From IMG/VR virus record IMGVR_UViG_3300025000_000055: a stretch of DNA of 64,000 nucleotides; one strand, 5' to 3'. The position numbers and the translations under genes were made by a program. This document shows positions 10,701 to 22,231 of this stretch, piece by piece. The stretch comes from a virus. Its lineage: Duplodnaviria; Caudoviricetes. The notes below the pieces were generated by a model. That model was not told the origin of the DNA and made no database searches. It saw only the letters and a list, made by a program, of their open reading frames with translations. Position 1 is the stretch's first letter; every line of letters begins with the position of its first letter.

Positions 10701-10867
10701 TAGATGATTATCAAAATCATGTAATAGAAGAACTAAAAAGAGTTCAAAGAGAACAAACTAATATGACTAATGCAAGTGGGATGTTTAAACCAACAACCTA
10801 TGCTGAACAATATGAAGATAATGAAATTGAAATACCATTAGACTTCTTTGATGAATTAAATAGTTAG
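7786..10867 (+). CDS. terL: Terminase large subunit, spliced join(7786..8430,9449..10867), about 687 aa
   Basis: Walker A PRQKGKT. Splicing restores GRG|STQPVHLYDE (Walker B). Nuclease motifs VDVSKG..D and HDD. Confidence 0.9.
8431..9448 (+). mobile_element. Group I intron (IA-like) in terL
   Basis: Core elements AATTGTCGGG, AATCCGCAGC, GTTCAACGACTA, AAGATATAGTCT. P1: exon GGGGU pairs with GCUCC. Ends ...GTGAATATATCG. Confidence 0.93.
8632..9247 (+). pseudogene. Degenerate NUMOD4/HNH homing endonuclease in the terL intron
   Basis: YIISNYG..KTG, then a stop at 8806-8808 after an A6 run. The shifted frame has VHRLVA and NLEWVT, but the usual NHKD core is missing. Confidence 0.8.
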
Positions 10868-10957
10868 TTATAAAATAATATAATGTATATTAATATACAT
10901 TATATTATTTTTTTACTATTATACTAACAATGTTTTAATTATGAATAAAAAAGGAGA

Positions 10958-11740
10958 GTGAAAAAGTTGCTATTTGATGATGAAGAATATATGAGAACTA
11001 GTGATTTAGATATAGAATTACTATTAGCAGAATTACCGTTTAATTTAACAAGAGAAAATATAATTGAACAAATAAATGACCCAATTTCAATTCAAGTTAA
11101 TTATATAACTACGTTATTGGATAAATGTGATATTGTTAAAAATCAATTTGTTGATAACTCTGAAGTTATTAAAGAAATTGATACAAATTTGCGTTCAATA
11201 TTCGAACTTATTTTAAGAGAAATGAATGAAAAATTTAGATTGGGTGTAAGTGTAAATGAAAGTGATGATGATATTATTAAATTGGGTGAAGCCTTATACA
11301 CATATTTAATTTTAAGATATAAAAAAAATGTTAGTCGATTTATATATAGATACATTTTAAAAAATAAAAAAGAGTTTATTGAAAAATTTGATACAACTAA
11401 GAAAAAAGATATTACATCATTGGCATTAAAGAAACAATTTAAAAATAAAGATGATATAATTCTAATCACATCATTACCTAAAATTATAAAACATATTATG
11501 GGTCTTGATATAGAACCAATAGATTTTTTAGATATTATTTCAAAAGGTGAACACTATGAGGCTTCTATTATTAAGGAAGCTATTTTATCAGGACAGATTA
11601 TAGGTAATTTTATACCAAGATATTTTTATTTAATGATTGACGAATATGAACATGTTATGGATGAGATTCAAACAGATATAAAATTAAAGTTAATAAATAA
11701 AATAAAAAGTAATGAAGGGAAGAGGATGAAAAATGAATAA
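10958..11740 (+). CDS. Hypothetical protein (structural block)
   Basis: 260 aa ORF, AGGAG RBS, AACA-N6-TA at 10926-10937. Confidence 0.75.
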   Translation: MKKLLFDDEEYMRTSDLDIELLLAELPFNLTRENIIEQINDPISIQVNYITTLLDKCDIVKNQFVDNSEVIKEIDTNLRSIFELILREMNEKFRLGVSVNESDDDIIKLGEALYTYLILRYKKNVSRFIYRYILKNKKEFIEKFDTTKKKDITSLALKKQFKNKDDIILITSLPKIIKHIMGLDIEPIDFLDIISKGEHYEASIIKEAILSGQIIGNFIPRYFYLMIDEYEHVMDEIQTDIKLKLINKIKSNEGKRMKNE

Positions 11741-12704
11741 TCCAGTACAAAAAATTAATCAATTAGAATGTGGTGTTGATGATATTATGTTTACTAAGAA
11801 TAATGAATTTGGTAATGACGGTAAAATTTTAAAAATGTTAAGAATAAAATCTAAATTAGAAGAAGTTACTAATATGAAAAATAAAATTAATGAGCAGCAA
11901 AATAAATTTATTGATAATGAAGATGTGATAAATATTTTAGATGAGCGTACTAAAAATATAACTGTCTTTGGAATAAAAAGATTAACAAATAAACAAATAG
12001 AAGAAATTTATACTATTAATAATGAAAAAGTTGAATTGCTTATTGAAACTGATAGTGAAGAAAGAAAGATTAGTTTCATGAGGGACTTTTTAATATTCAA
12101 AAAAGAAAGTTCTGTCGCATTAAAACAAATAGATGATTCTATGGAAAAATTAGAAAAAGAGTTAAAAGAAAATGAAAAGCAACTTAATAAGATTATTGAA
12201 GAATGCGGTGATATTAACTCACTTATTAAAAATCGTCTTATTAATAATATTAATAATTCAGCTAATGAAAATATTAAAAAACGTAACACTGAAATTCTTA
12301 AAAATTTTAATGATGCATTGACATTAAATATAATTTTTGAACACTATAGAAACCAAAATATTTTAAATACTTTGCATGATTATAAAATGAGATCCGAAGC
12401 TATATATAAAAATTATGTTAAAACTTGTAAACAACTAGGTATTAAATCAGATATAACTGTTTTTGATGGTTTAGAAAAATTCTTACCTGAAAAATATCAT
12501 ACTTATCCCAATTTATTCTTATTTTCAATTATTAAGTATTTTGCTTATAAGAAGAACAATTGTGATAAACATATTGAAGGTATTTTCTTATCTCAATTCC
12601 TAGTAAATGTACAAAATCTTTTCTGTGACAAATTTAAAGATAAAGGAGAAAAACAAATATTTATTGAAGCTATTATGAAAGTACTAGATTTATTTTATTC
12701 ATAA
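11733..12704 (+). CDS. Hypothetical coiled-coil protein
   Basis: 323 aa ORF overlapping the previous stop. Confidence 0.75.
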   Translation: MNNPVQKINQLECGVDDIMFTKNNEFGNDGKILKMLRIKSKLEEVTNMKNKINEQQNKFIDNEDVINILDERTKNITVFGIKRLTNKQIEEIYTINNEKVELLIETDSEERKISFMRDFLIFKKESSVALKQIDDSMEKLEKELKENEKQLNKIIEECGDINSLIKNRLINNINNSANENIKKRNTEILKNFNDALTLNIIFEHYRNQNILNTLHDYKMRSEAIYKNYVKTCKQLGIKSDITVFDGLEKFLPEKYHTYPNLFLFSIIKYFAYKKNNCDKHIEGIFLSQFLVNVQNLFCDKFKDKGEKQIFIEAIMKVLDLFYS

Positions 12705-12782
12705 AAACATTAGGATAAGGTTGTGAATTTTAAATTCACTTCCTTATCCTAATTTTATTTTTTAAAGGTAGGTGTAAATAAA

Positions 12783-13517
12783 TTGATTGAAAATTTTTTA
12801 AGTGATAATGGTACAGACATAATATTTAATGGGGAACAATTAGAAGCTTACATACCAGAATTTTATTTTAAAAATAATAAATTAGGTGAGCAATTAGGTT
12901 CATCTTTAAAAGTTTTTGGTTTATTCAACATTAGAATGATTAATAAAGGTAAACCGTCTAAACTTGAGACTTTTATTCTACCATCAATGATTATGGTGTT
13001 CCCTTCAACAATTGAATATAAGAAATTAAAATTAATAGATGAACAGGAAGAAGAAGAATGTTATATGGTATTAAATTTCTTTAAAGGTGGAAAGATTACA
13101 CCTAATAGTGTTTCACAAGATGCAACTAATGTGGAATTATTTTTAGATCTTATATGTGGTGGGAAATTACCAGAAACTATTCCTTATAACCAAATAATTC
13201 AAATATGGCAAAAGAATTTAAATCTGAATAATATTAATTTGAACGTAACATCAACTGTATTAGAAGTTATTGTAAGCGAAATTTATCGTAATAAAAAAAA
13301 ACCAGAAGAAACATTTGCTAAATTATGGGGAAGAAATCCTAATATATCGCAATATGAATATAAACGAGCGAATATTAGAGAAATTTGTGCTAGAAATTCT
13401 ACTTTTGCTGCATTAACATATGAGGATATGGATGCTATGATAACATCTTCTCTTAACATTAGGAACTATAATAGGGAAGAAACTGAATCTCCTATAGAAA
13501 AAATAATAAAGATGTAA
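12783..13517 (+). CDS. Hypothetical protein upstream of tail sheath
   Basis: 244 aa ORF; AACA-N6-TA at 12706-12717. Confidence 0.75.
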   Translation: MIENFLSDNGTDIIFNGEQLEAYIPEFYFKNNKLGEQLGSSLKVFGLFNIRMINKGKPSKLETFILPSMIMVFPSTIEYKKLKLIDEQEEEECYMVLNFFKGGKITPNSVSQDATNVELFLDLICGGKLPETIPYNQIIQIWQKNLNLNNINLNVTSTVLEVIVSEIYRNKKKPEETFAKLWGRNPNISQYEYKRANIREICARNSTFAALTYEDMDAMITSSLNIRNYNREETESPIEKIIKM

Positions 13518-13558
13518 TAATCAATGAGAACAATTAAATAAAAAAATTCACAAGGAGG

Positions 13559-15409
13559 TTGAATACATTGCCTGCAATCGGACAAATCATTCCTAAATAT
13601 ACACATCCTCATTCCGAAACATATATAAATGATAATACTATATTTGAGGAAATAGTTTCCGAACCAGAAAGTGGTGTGCGTTTTATTAACGTATTCACCT
13701 CGTCCAAAGGACGAGATGGTGTTGTTTTAAAAAAAACAAAACACACTGATTTTATTGAAGAATATGGTAATCCAAATTATAAACTATTTGCTCAACCCGG
13801 TTATATGCCATATGCAGCATTAAAAACGTTTCAGGCTGAATGTCATTGCATGAGAGTGATGCCGGATGATGCATCTTATTCTAATGCTATAATTATAGCT
13901 AAGATTAAAGTTGATACGACTGTGGTTGGTAGTCCTAAATTACTTATTAGACACCAATCTGTATTTCTTACAAACTTTACAGATAAGACTGAATTTTCAG
14001 TTAATGTTGAGTTATTAAAAGATACTGACCCGGATGAAGATGGATGGTTAACATTTCCTTTATTCGGTGCATATGTGTTGGGTAGAGGTATTTATGGTGA
14101 CACAACAAGACTAAGACTGAGTGCATCACCACAAGCTGATTTAGAAAATGGATATAAAAATTATCGTTTTGAGGTTCTTGATAGTGAAGGTGGATTAACA
14201 CGTAAAGAACTTTTTACTGGTAGTTTATATACTGATGCTATTATTAGTTCAAATACTCTTTATATTGAGGAATTAATCAATGACTCTGACGGTAGTACTA
14301 AAATTGGTTTTTATGTATCTGAAAATTCTCTTAATGAAATTCTTACTATTTATAATGAACAAGTTGCAGATGAAGATGCTCAATTAACATTACAAACATT
14401 TGATATTATTACAGCTCGTAGTATGATAGCCACTACTTTAACTGATATTGTGATTTCAAATACTGCCAGCGATGTTTCTTTAGATAGAGTTGAGGGTATT
14501 TTATTTTCTGGTGGAAACGATGGTTCCTTTTCAGTTAGTGGTGATGCTGGTGTAAGAGAAACGGCTATTGATACTGCTTACATCAAAGCATTCACGGAAG
14601 ATAAAGTTCTTTTAAGTAAGAGAAGAACTCCGGCAGATTTAATTCTTGATGCAGGTTATTCTGATGATGTTAAACGTGCTCTTATCAGTTTTATTACTAA
14701 TAGATATGATGCATATGGTTTTATTGATGGTGGTATACTTGAAACACCATCTGATGCTATCACATGGGCTGAATCTATGACATCTTTAGCAGATAGAGTA
14801 TTTTCTAAAGAATGTAACCATTACTATATAAAAGATCCATTTTCTGGTAAATCTATACCTATGACGATAACATATTTCTATGCCGGACAGTTACCACTTC
14901 ACTTTAAAACTAATGGAAACAACACTCCATTTCAAGGTGAAACATATGCTAAACTTACTGGCTTTGTTAAGAATTCTTTGAAACCAATTATTGATGCTGA
15001 CGATAATGATATTAAAGAAACGCTTTATAATCTTAGAGTAAATTATTTTGAGTGTATTGCAGAAAATACATTTATAAGGGGGGTTCAAGGCACATCGCAA
15101 AATGTTTGGTCTGATTTATCAGAAGAACACAACATGCATGTGCTATTGGAACTAAAAAGAAAAGTTGAGGCGTTAGTCGCATCAAAATCATATAATTTTG
15201 CTGAAAAAGAAGACAGGATTGAATTTACAGAAACAGCTGAACGTATTTTTGGACCATATCGTGGGAAAAAAGTAAGAGAAATTTCAGTGTATTTTGATAT
15301 GAGTCCATTTGAAGAAGAAAGAAGTATTTTACATTGTTACATGGAGATTATATATAAGACAATAGCTAAGCGGGGCATTATTGAAATTGATATTAATAAA
15401 CGTGTTTAA
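13559..15409 (+). CDS. Tail sheath protein
   Basis: 616 aa; sheath-like C-terminus (RVNYF...Q.TSQ...S.LSE.HN..VL) and position directly before a tube-sized gene. Confidence 0.75.
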   Translation: MNTLPAIGQIIPKYTHPHSETYINDNTIFEEIVSEPESGVRFINVFTSSKGRDGVVLKKTKHTDFIEEYGNPNYKLFAQPGYMPYAALKTFQAECHCMRVMPDDASYSNAIIIAKIKVDTTVVGSPKLLIRHQSVFLTNFTDKTEFSVNVELLKDTDPDEDGWLTFPLFGAYVLGRGIYGDTTRLRLSASPQADLENGYKNYRFEVLDSEGGLTRKELFTGSLYTDAIISSNTLYIEELINDSDGSTKIGFYVSENSLNEILTIYNEQVADEDAQLTLQTFDIITARSMIATTLTDIVISNTASDVSLDRVEGILFSGGNDGSFSVSGDAGVRETAIDTAYIKAFTEDKVLLSKRRTPADLILDAGYSDDVKRALISFITNRYDAYGFIDGGILETPSDAITWAESMTSLADRVFSKECNHYYIKDPFSGKSIPMTITYFYAGQLPLHFKTNGNNTPFQGETYAKLTGFVKNSLKPIIDADDNDIKETLYNLRVNYFECIAENTFIRGVQGTSQNVWSDLSEEHNMHVLLELKRKVEALVASKSYNFAEKEDRIEFTETAERIFGPYRGKKVREISVYFDMSPFEEERSILHCYMEIIYKTIAKRGIIEIDINKRV

Positions 15410-15443
15410 AAAATAATAAAAAATAACAAGGGAGTGATTATAT

Positions 15444-16265
15444 ATGGCCGATGTTAGTACTCTTCAATCCAATATTAAAAGCAATACTAAAGATATGACC
15501 CTATATTCCCTATTTTTAGGTGGATTAAATGTAACTTCTAAAGCATTAGCGCAGTACGATCCATTAAAAACTGGTTATGCTAGAATATTTTTTACAAAAA
15601 TGCCACCTTTTATGAAAACTATTGTACCTGAAAAAACGAAACAATTTAAACATTTACTCGAATATGGTTTTGTTGGGGTTGATGGTCTGCAAAACATTAC
15701 TTTAGAATTTGAACAAGTTGGTGGTGGATATGCCGGTAGACAATTCGAAATTCCAACAGTAGCTAAAGATGAAACTAACAGTCTTACTGTTAAAGTTTAT
15801 GAAATGGCAGGTTCACCTGTTCGAGATTATGTTGATATGTGGATTTCAGGTATTTCAGATCCATATACTGGCCTTGGTCATTATCACGGAGCATTAGATA
15901 TAGCTAATGCAGGTCTATCATATTCTCAAGTAAACCATTCAGCGGAAGCATTTTATGTTGAAACTGATCCAACTGGTCGTAGTACTGGTATTGAGTATGC
16001 TTGCCTTTTAACCAATTTGGTTCCTAAAGTTGTAAAACTTGATCATTTTAATTACGAGGCCGGTAATCATCCAATTGTTCAAACAGATATTGAATTTACT
16101 GCAACTAAATATCAATCACCACAGATTAATGATATTGCGGTAGCATTAATTGCTAAATATAAAATTCTTAGAGATTACCTTAAATTTGATTCTCAGTATA
16201 CCACTACTGATATTGACAATATGACAGTACCAAATATTAGTGATTGGGGTTCTTCTGCAACTTAA
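15444..16265 (+). CDS. Tail tube protein
   Basis: 273 aa following the sheath gene; E.AGSPV...W..GI.DP.TG motif of jumbo-phage tubes. Confidence 0.7.
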   Translation: MADVSTLQSNIKSNTKDMTLYSLFLGGLNVTSKALAQYDPLKTGYARIFFTKMPPFMKTIVPEKTKQFKHLLEYGFVGVDGLQNITLEFEQVGGGYAGRQFEIPTVAKDETNSLTVKVYEMAGSPVRDYVDMWISGISDPYTGLGHYHGALDIANAGLSYSQVNHSAEAFYVETDPTGRSTGIEYACLLTNLVPKVVKLDHFNYEAGNHPIVQTDIEFTATKYQSPQINDIAVALIAKYKILRDYLKFDSQYTTTDIDNMTVPNISDWGSSAT

Positions 16266-16272
16266 AAATAAA

Positions 16273-16306
16273 TATGTCTATACTGATTAATTTCAGTATA
16301 GACATA
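16273..16306. terminator. Bidirectional terminator between convergent tube and portal genes
   Basis: 14-bp stem TATGTCTATACTGA / TCAGTATAGACATA. Confidence 0.8.
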
Positions 16307-16309
16307 AAT

Positions 16310-18936
16310 TTATTGTTCAGTTGAACTATCATCAGGATTTTCTGTTAAAATTTTCTGATATTCTAATTTAGCATCTTCTACAGCTGTATCAAACATCCTC
16401 CAAGGTAACATTGGTAAAATTTCTCTAGTTGCCTTATTCATAATTAAATCTTTAATTTTATTATCCTTATCTGTTGGAGAAGCATTTTCTCCCGATACTA
16501 TTTTAAGCATAAATGCTAGCAATTGATCTGCATTTGAAATTAAATCACTCATATTCATAGTATTTAGTGCTTTAGGTAAATTTAAACTATATACAAATGT
16601 TTCAATTATTTCTTTAGGTATTTCTGTACCAGAAAATTTCATTATTTTTTTATAGAATTCAGTTATATTAGGGTTAAAATCAAGTTGATCACTTACAACT
16701 CTCCCTGTAAATTTGGCATTAGCCATGACAAGAGTCTTTGCATACGGTATATTCACATAGGTCGTTAATCTATGCAGTTCTCTTATGAACTTCCCTAACT
16801 TTCATTAGGATACTAGACTATATCTTCATCTTTTATTAAGTTAATTAATCCTAATAAAAGAGCTCTCCATTTCGATTTAAGGGATTTTCACCCACCTACT
16901 TAGGCCCTACTCCTATTGATCATTTCAGATCCAAAGGGATAGTCGTTGAACTTTATTCCTTATTATATAAGGAATCTTAGCTGCGGATCACCTAATCTTA
17001 AACATTATTACCTTACTCAGGTTAATTACTCCTGACCACTATATCATTGCTAATATAGTTTGGTAGTTTAAGATTTAAAGACTTCCCCGACAATTAAAAG
17101 AGAATTGGTATTATAGATCACTCTATAACCTGACTAATAATTATCAGCTTCATTGATATAATTCATTATTACAGATGGGACACCAGTACCATTAATGTAA
17201 GATGTTTTTAACATCTCCATTAAATCAGTATTTAATTGTATATCCTGACCTGCCAATATATCAAACTCTATTCCTTTTTCACCAGTTCTACCTACAGGTA
17301 CAAAAACACCTTTAGCATGACCAATTTTAGATACCATTGTATTATAATTTAATAAATCCATAAAATTTATATCTCTTTCTTTAAGAGTTCTAGCTACATC
17401 TTGTAATTTATTAATAATATTTGTATCTATACCAGAATTTTTAATATAATTAATTCTAGTATCGTTAGATTTACTAATAATAGAAACCATCTTAAATATT
17501 AAAAGAGCTAAATATAATTTAGCATAAAATAATGACTTCATTAGTATACTAGTTCCTTCACCATCTTCATTTTCATTAACAGTGAATTCAGTTATATAAT
17601 CAACTGGTATAAATTGAAATTTTATTTTCTTTTTATATAGTTCATTATAAGATAAGCAATTGAATATTAATTCTTTAAATTTAATATTTTCTTCTAAGTA
17701 TTTTTTATTAAATGATTTAACGATTTTTTCAGTTAGTTTAGTTAAAAACATATTTTCAAGTTCGGGTGTATTAAGATTAACAGTATTAATTCGTATTGTA
17801 TTAATAAATGGGGATTTACTAATAGGTGAAGCTTCATGTATATAATAGTATCCTATAACATGATCCATTATTTTAACAGGTATGATCTTTTTAGGACTAA
17901 TTAATTTAATAAAACAATCCGTTATATTATCAAAATTATTAGTCTTATCTTTTTCTGTAGATATAGTTGCATCATTAAAAAATGTTGAAAATGAATTAGT
18001 TTTATTTTTAGATTTATTACTATTTTTAATAGCATCTTCAACATCTTTTTTAAATTTTTCATCAGTAATAAGTTCCGATACATCAACACCTTCTAGTATA
18101 GGTATATGTACAATATCATTTTCGACTTCAATATCTTTAACTAAATCTTTTATTTCTTTTTTTAATATTGAGGAAACCGATTTAATTTGCCCGTCATCTT
18201 TTAATTCTCTTATAAAATTATCATCAATATTTTCAGTTATAGAAATTGTTTTTAATTCTCTTACCTTTTTATCATAGAAATTTTCAAATAATTTTGAATA
18301 AGGTACAGTGTAAACATAATATTTACCGTATTGAAGAGTTTTCGGTATAATATGATTTTTCAATTTACTTGATAATTTAAATTTAGTCTCTAAATTTTCT
18401 ATTAATGATATATAACTCTGTTTATCTTCTTCACTACAATTAGAACTTTTAAATTGTAAATTTCTTGATATAGATTGAGTAACATCATCAGCTGTTACTA
18501 TCGCATCTCTAGTTGCATTAACAGCTTCTTCTAGCTCAAATAGATGACTACAAATTAAATCAAGGTCTTCATACAAAAGATTTTGATTTCTATATCTTTC
18601 ATTAAAAAATTGAAATACAGCATTGTCTTCTGATGAAAATATATCTTCAATTTTTTTTATATTTGAAAATTGTTGACTCTCATAATCATTAAATAGTTTT
18701 ACTAGAAAAGTTGATATGTCATCTCCACCAAAATCAGTTAATTTTTTTATCTCCTGAAAAATAACATCATCAACCTGATCTGATAATTTTTTAATTTCTT
18801 TCTCTCTTTTAGTATCACTTGCATTAGTATTAAAAGAAATTTTATCCAATACATCATTAAATAAAGCATTTAATTTTATCAACGGTCTTTCTATTTTTTT
18901 AACAATTACTCTTTTAGTTTGTTTCTCAGCACTCAT
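16310..18936 (-). CDS. Putative portal protein, spliced join(18936..17143,16744..16310), about 742 aa
   Basis: Splicing restores NYINEAD|YAKTL. The portal identity comes from recalled similarity to phiKZ-like portals (RDAIVTAD, IIPKTLQYG) and is not verified. Confidence 0.65.
16745..17142 (-). mobile_element. ORF-less group I intron in the portal gene
   Basis: Same core as the terL intron. P1: exon CUGAU pairs with GUCAG. Ends ...GTGAATATACCG. Confidence 0.93.
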
Positions 18937-18994
18937 TTATATTATTCACTTCCTTCGGTATTTTTTATTTAAAAAATACTAGAATAATAATATT

Positions 18995-19642
18995 CTAGTA
19001 TTTAATACACATGTATCTGTGAAATAAATTAAAGTATTCGGTTTCAAAAATTATTAAACTTTCAAATAAATTACTATTATTTATATCTTTAAAACTAATA
19101 CTGATATTATTACTTTTTTTCAATAACGGTATTAGTTTATTTGCTAATCTTACTTTATAATCATTCATTGAAAAAGTAACAATATTTTTAGCATTTAGCT
19201 TTTCTATTATATCATATGATATTATCTTTTTATCAATATTATCAAAATCATTTATTTTATTTATAGCTAATTTATACAGATCATATAATTCTTTTGTTAT
19301 AGACTTAATATTAATTATTCTACCTATTTGAAAGCTATTTTCATCTTTATCATCTGTTAAAAATAAAGTATTATTTAAATAATTTATATGTTTTATACTC
19401 TTTTTATTCTTACTAATAACTTTAAATACATCATTGGAACTTATACAAAATATTTGATCATTTTCAATATTAAATATAGGTGTAAATACTTTACCAAAAT
19501 GTTCTCCATAACTCAAATGTTTGTTATCGATAGTGAATATTATAGTACCATCAGAAAATAAAAGATATTCTGTAGATAATTTTTTAGCCAATTGATTAAA
19601 ATCATTTAATTTTTTTACTTCAAATTTATACATATATTTCAT
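18995..19642 (-). CDS. Hypothetical protein downstream of DNA polymerase
   Basis: 215 aa ORF starting 3 nt after the polymerase stop. Confidence 0.75.
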   Translation of the reverse strand: MKYMYKFEVKKLNDFNQLAKKLSTEYLLFSDGTIIFTIDNKHLSYGEHFGKVFTPIFNIENDQIFCISSNDVFKVISKNKKSIKHINYLNNTLFLTDDKDENSFQIGRIINIKSITKELYDLYKLAINKINDFDNIDKKIISYDIIEKLNAKNIVTFSMNDYKVRLANKLIPLLKKSNNISISFKDINNSNLFESLIIFETEYFNLFHRYMCIKY

Positions 19643-19645
19643 CCT

Positions 19646-22117
19646 TTACACTATAATTTTATTAACATAATAATTATTAACATCATTAATATCAATAATT
19701 AGTTTCTTGTTCTTTTTAATATTTAACTTTTCTTTTATAACAGAATCTATTTCTTCTAATTTGGGAAGATTAAAAAAATCATGACCTAAACTATTTAAAT
19801 CACCTATTAACATATTATCTATAAAGATTTTACCTATATCTTCTTTTTTATCTTTATCATCAATATCTTCAATATAATTTGGCAATTCCTTATTATTTTC
19901 TATAATTAATTTACCGATCATGGAATTAGGTTCAATATTAAAACAAATAATAATACTTGGATACATACTGGAAAACGTAATATTCACATAGATCGTTATT
20001 CTATGCAGTTCTCTTATGAACTTCCTTAGCTTTCACTAAGATACTAGACTATATCTTCATCCATTATATAATCGGTATAATGGAGCCTCCTATTTCGATT
20101 TAAGGGATTTTCACCCACCTACTTAGGCCCTACTCCTAATGACCATTTCAGATCCAAAGGGATAGTCGTTGAACTTTATTCCTATAACTAGGAATCTTAG
20201 CTGCGGATTACTCAATCTTTTTATTATAAATAAAAAGCTCTAAGAGCTTCCCCGACAATTAAAGAAGTTATTCAACATACATTACTATATGAGGGAACAA
20301 ATTCATCCATATCAATAACATTGTCAAATATAAATTGACTTTTTTTACCTAAAATTTCAATACCAACATGAGAATTTAATAATGGGTTGGCAACTAAAGC
20401 TCCTGCAAATTTTTCATCTTCATCATCTTCGTTATTCTTGATTGTTTCTACACCATACTGAATATTAATGTTATTAGCTATTATTAACCCTTGCTTATAA
20501 AATTCTATATATGCACGATTTTTTAAAAACGTTAAGTTCACATAGATCATTAGTCTATGCAGTTCTCTTATGAACTTCCCTAAGCTTTCCTTAGGATACC
20601 AGACTATATCATCATCTCATAGAGATGCTTCCTATTTCGATTTAAGGGATTCTCACCCACCTACTTAGGCCCTACTCCTAATGACCATTTCAGATCCAAA
20701 GGGATAGTCGTTGAACTTTATTCCTATAACTAGGAATCTTAGCTGCGGATTACTCAATCTTTTTATTATAAATAAAAAGCTCTAAGAGCTTCCCCGACAA
20801 TTAAAGAAGTTTACAATACATATTACTATGTAAAGGGTCTAATTATTAAACCGTTTGTCTAAATACTTTTTTATAAGTTGTAGCATTAGTATATGAACGT
20901 TGATATACATTATCAATATCATTAACTTTTCTTTCAATACCTAATTGAAGTAAGACGTCTTTAATATTATACATAACAAATTTTTTATAATTTCTATATG
21001 GTAAAGTTTTAATATTACCATCTTCACTATAATCTAATTTAGTATCACTAATTTCTTTTTCTGCAACATAAGTAAGAGCATTAGAACGTAATTCCGAAGC
21101 TCCTTTTCTTAAAGCACTGTATACTATCATTTGATCTAAAAAAACTGTATAAGATGATATTTTAAAATAATCACCTTTATTTGCTACTTTAAAATTTCTC
21201 ATATCTTTTACAAACATTAATTCTTTTATATTAAAATCAGGATGACACATTATTTCTTTTGGATCTAAATTTAACTCTTTCATACGAGCTATTAAATATG
21301 GGACATCAAATCCGATATTCCAAATCATTAAGAAATCACGTTTAAGAGTATTTATTAATTTAAATGTATCTATCAACATTTCACTTTCATCTTCATACAT
21401 ATAAATATTATATTTTAATACCCCATATGATTCATCAAATACTTTATGAAGCTCTTCTACAAAATTATCTATATCTTTTTTAAACTTTTCTATTTGAGGA
21501 TTATTTTCATTTTCTAAAAGAAAAGTAAAACATGTGTTACTAGTTTCATCAATTAAAGTAATTGCATTAACTGGACATTCACCATCTTTAGGAAATCCAA
21601 TTACTTCTATTGAATCAACTTCAATATCAAGATATGTCTTAGTTATAGGTTTAGGTTTATCATTATGATAATTTAATAACCATTGTATTCTATACCAATT
21701 TTCAATATTATAATCTGAACCAAATACATATCTATATTTATGCAAATTATTAATAGCATACCTATTTCTAGTTTCCAACTTTTGTTTAATATAAGTTAAA
21801 TATTCTTCACCTGCTTGTTTAGCTATATAAAAAGGTAAATCTTTATATTTAGTTCGGTGACACTCAGTTTCACTTAAAGGACTAAATGATTTATTATGTT
21901 GAAAATTTCTAAATTCTTCTTTTGTAAAATAAATATCCATCTCAGGTTCATCTATAGTTAATATGTGTTTTTCACCAGTATTTAAATCTTTATAAATAAT
22001 ATCGAGACTATCTTTATACTTTCTTTCTTTATTAGGAAAATGGTAAATTGTTTCTAAAAACATTATGTTATCACTTTTCATCTTTCCAAGAAACTTCATT
22101 CTATAAATCACCACCAA
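19646..22117 (-). CDS. polB: Family-B DNA polymerase N-terminal subunit (exonuclease + motif A), join(22117..20849,20529..20305,19975..19646)
   Basis: ExoI LDIEV, ExoII WNIGFDVPY, ExoIII YNIKDV. Splicing restores RQTV|FLKNRAY and DMD|FSSMYPS. No motifs B or C. Confidence 0.88.
19976..20304 (-). mobile_element. ORF-less group I intron 2 in polB (inside motif A)
   Basis: Family core; ends ...GTGAATATTACG. P1: exon GGAU pairs with GUUC. Confidence 0.93.
20530..20848 (-). mobile_element. ORF-less group I intron 1 in polB
   Basis: Family core; ends ...GTGAACTTAACG. P1: exon GGUU pairs with GACC. Confidence 0.93.
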
Positions 22118-22231
22118 TTGAAATATTTTTTTATTTAAAAATTTGTTATTAGAATAATTGAAAACTATATCAAAGCCTATTTATACTATATGAAATAATT
22201 AACAAAACACAATAATAAAGGGGGTAATAAT

